Under the pieces are notes generated by a model. The model ran no database searches. It was not told the DNA's origin and saw nothing but the letters and a program-made list of their open reading frames with translations. Positions 63,336 through 64,000 of a stretch of DNA of 64,000 nucleotides are shown here, piece by piece. The position numbers and the translations under genes were made by a program. This DNA is from Ascidiella aspersa (Eukaryota): positions 21,514,001-21,578,000 of the forward strand of contig OZ004615.1 in the NCBI GenBank assembly GCA_963924565.1, given 5' to 3'. The number at the start of each line of letters is the position of its first letter. The stretch's first letter is position 1.

Positions 63336-64000
63336 AAAATTTCCTGTAATGTACCCAGGGTCCTCTGAAGGCGTATGGATATATATTTAGTTGGTGCTAT
63401 ATTGGTATTACTCCATGTAGTAACAAATAGAAATCCACACCGTTTGACGTATCAACTTTCTCCAGGCTTCTTCTGCATTTACCTTTCTTCACCACAATAA
63501 AAGCCAAAATGCAAACATATAGGCATGCTCAAACTGTGGTAAGCTTAAAGACCTACTTGTTTCGCTAAGGTTTCCGAATAAAAAACAACAACGTAAATCC
63601 CGCCCACCCCAAATTGCTTTCGCCCGATTTCGGTTGCCCTTTCGCAGCAGCGAAGCCCGGAGCCCTTCTACGCGTTTCGTTTTTCTCCTGAAAGGCAGCA
63701 CCGGGGCAAAACAAAACACTGGCCCGATTCTTGGGGACAACCGGTGTTGTTTTTCCCCGCCCGCTACGCCTGGCTGCACAAGATACGCTCGTTGTCTTTT
63801 AAACGAAGAAGTCTCTCTTTCTCTCCTTTCTCTTTTTTTGTTTTCTCTTCCTTTTCTTTTTTTTCTTTTCTCTTCTAAATCGCGCACGGGTCGGGAGAAT
63901 CTCTCGCGAAACGGCGCCGCCGTGTTTTGTTCGTAAATAGGCGAAATAAGCCCGGAGCGATGAGACCAAGACGTTTGCAGCTAGCTGGAGAGTAGTGCGT

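Noticed and set aside
1-64000. Autonomous transposase or reverse transcriptase gene, rRNA, or prokaryotic operon
   Set aside because: No ORF of suitable length or motif content anywhere in the window.

Overview
Eukaryotic, AT-rich, intron-dominated DNA with no obvious CpG depletion. It is most likely an invertebrate chordate (ascidian-like; inference only). The whole window lies inside one + strand gene, a tensin (TNS) family member. I could chain 12 GT-AG exons (2876-58488) with fully consistent intron phases into about 1,300 codons of the central disordered region. It carries motifs I recall from vertebrate TNS1/TNS3 (SPEL..TLNPGGRP.E..HSFKE, GLSKTPLAALGLKP, TPGFP..P.TPYF). The N-terminal PTP/C2 and C-terminal SH2/PTB exons lie outside the window. 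One 1.3-kb exon encodes a Q/N-rich QQQNL minisatellite. The two large introns (about 26 kb and 16 kb) contain a strong candidate alternative coding first exon (54462-55107), weaker candidate alternative exons, many hAT-type MITEs with 8-bp TSDs, a ~170-bp fold-back MITE family and local tandem duplications. The most unusual signal is a family of short palindromic elements whose arms carry minimal Penelope-type hammerhead ribozyme motifs (4 loci). There are three further unrelated hammerhead-like relics and a palindrome wrapped around a tRNA T-arm fragment. All calls were made by eye; no searches were run.
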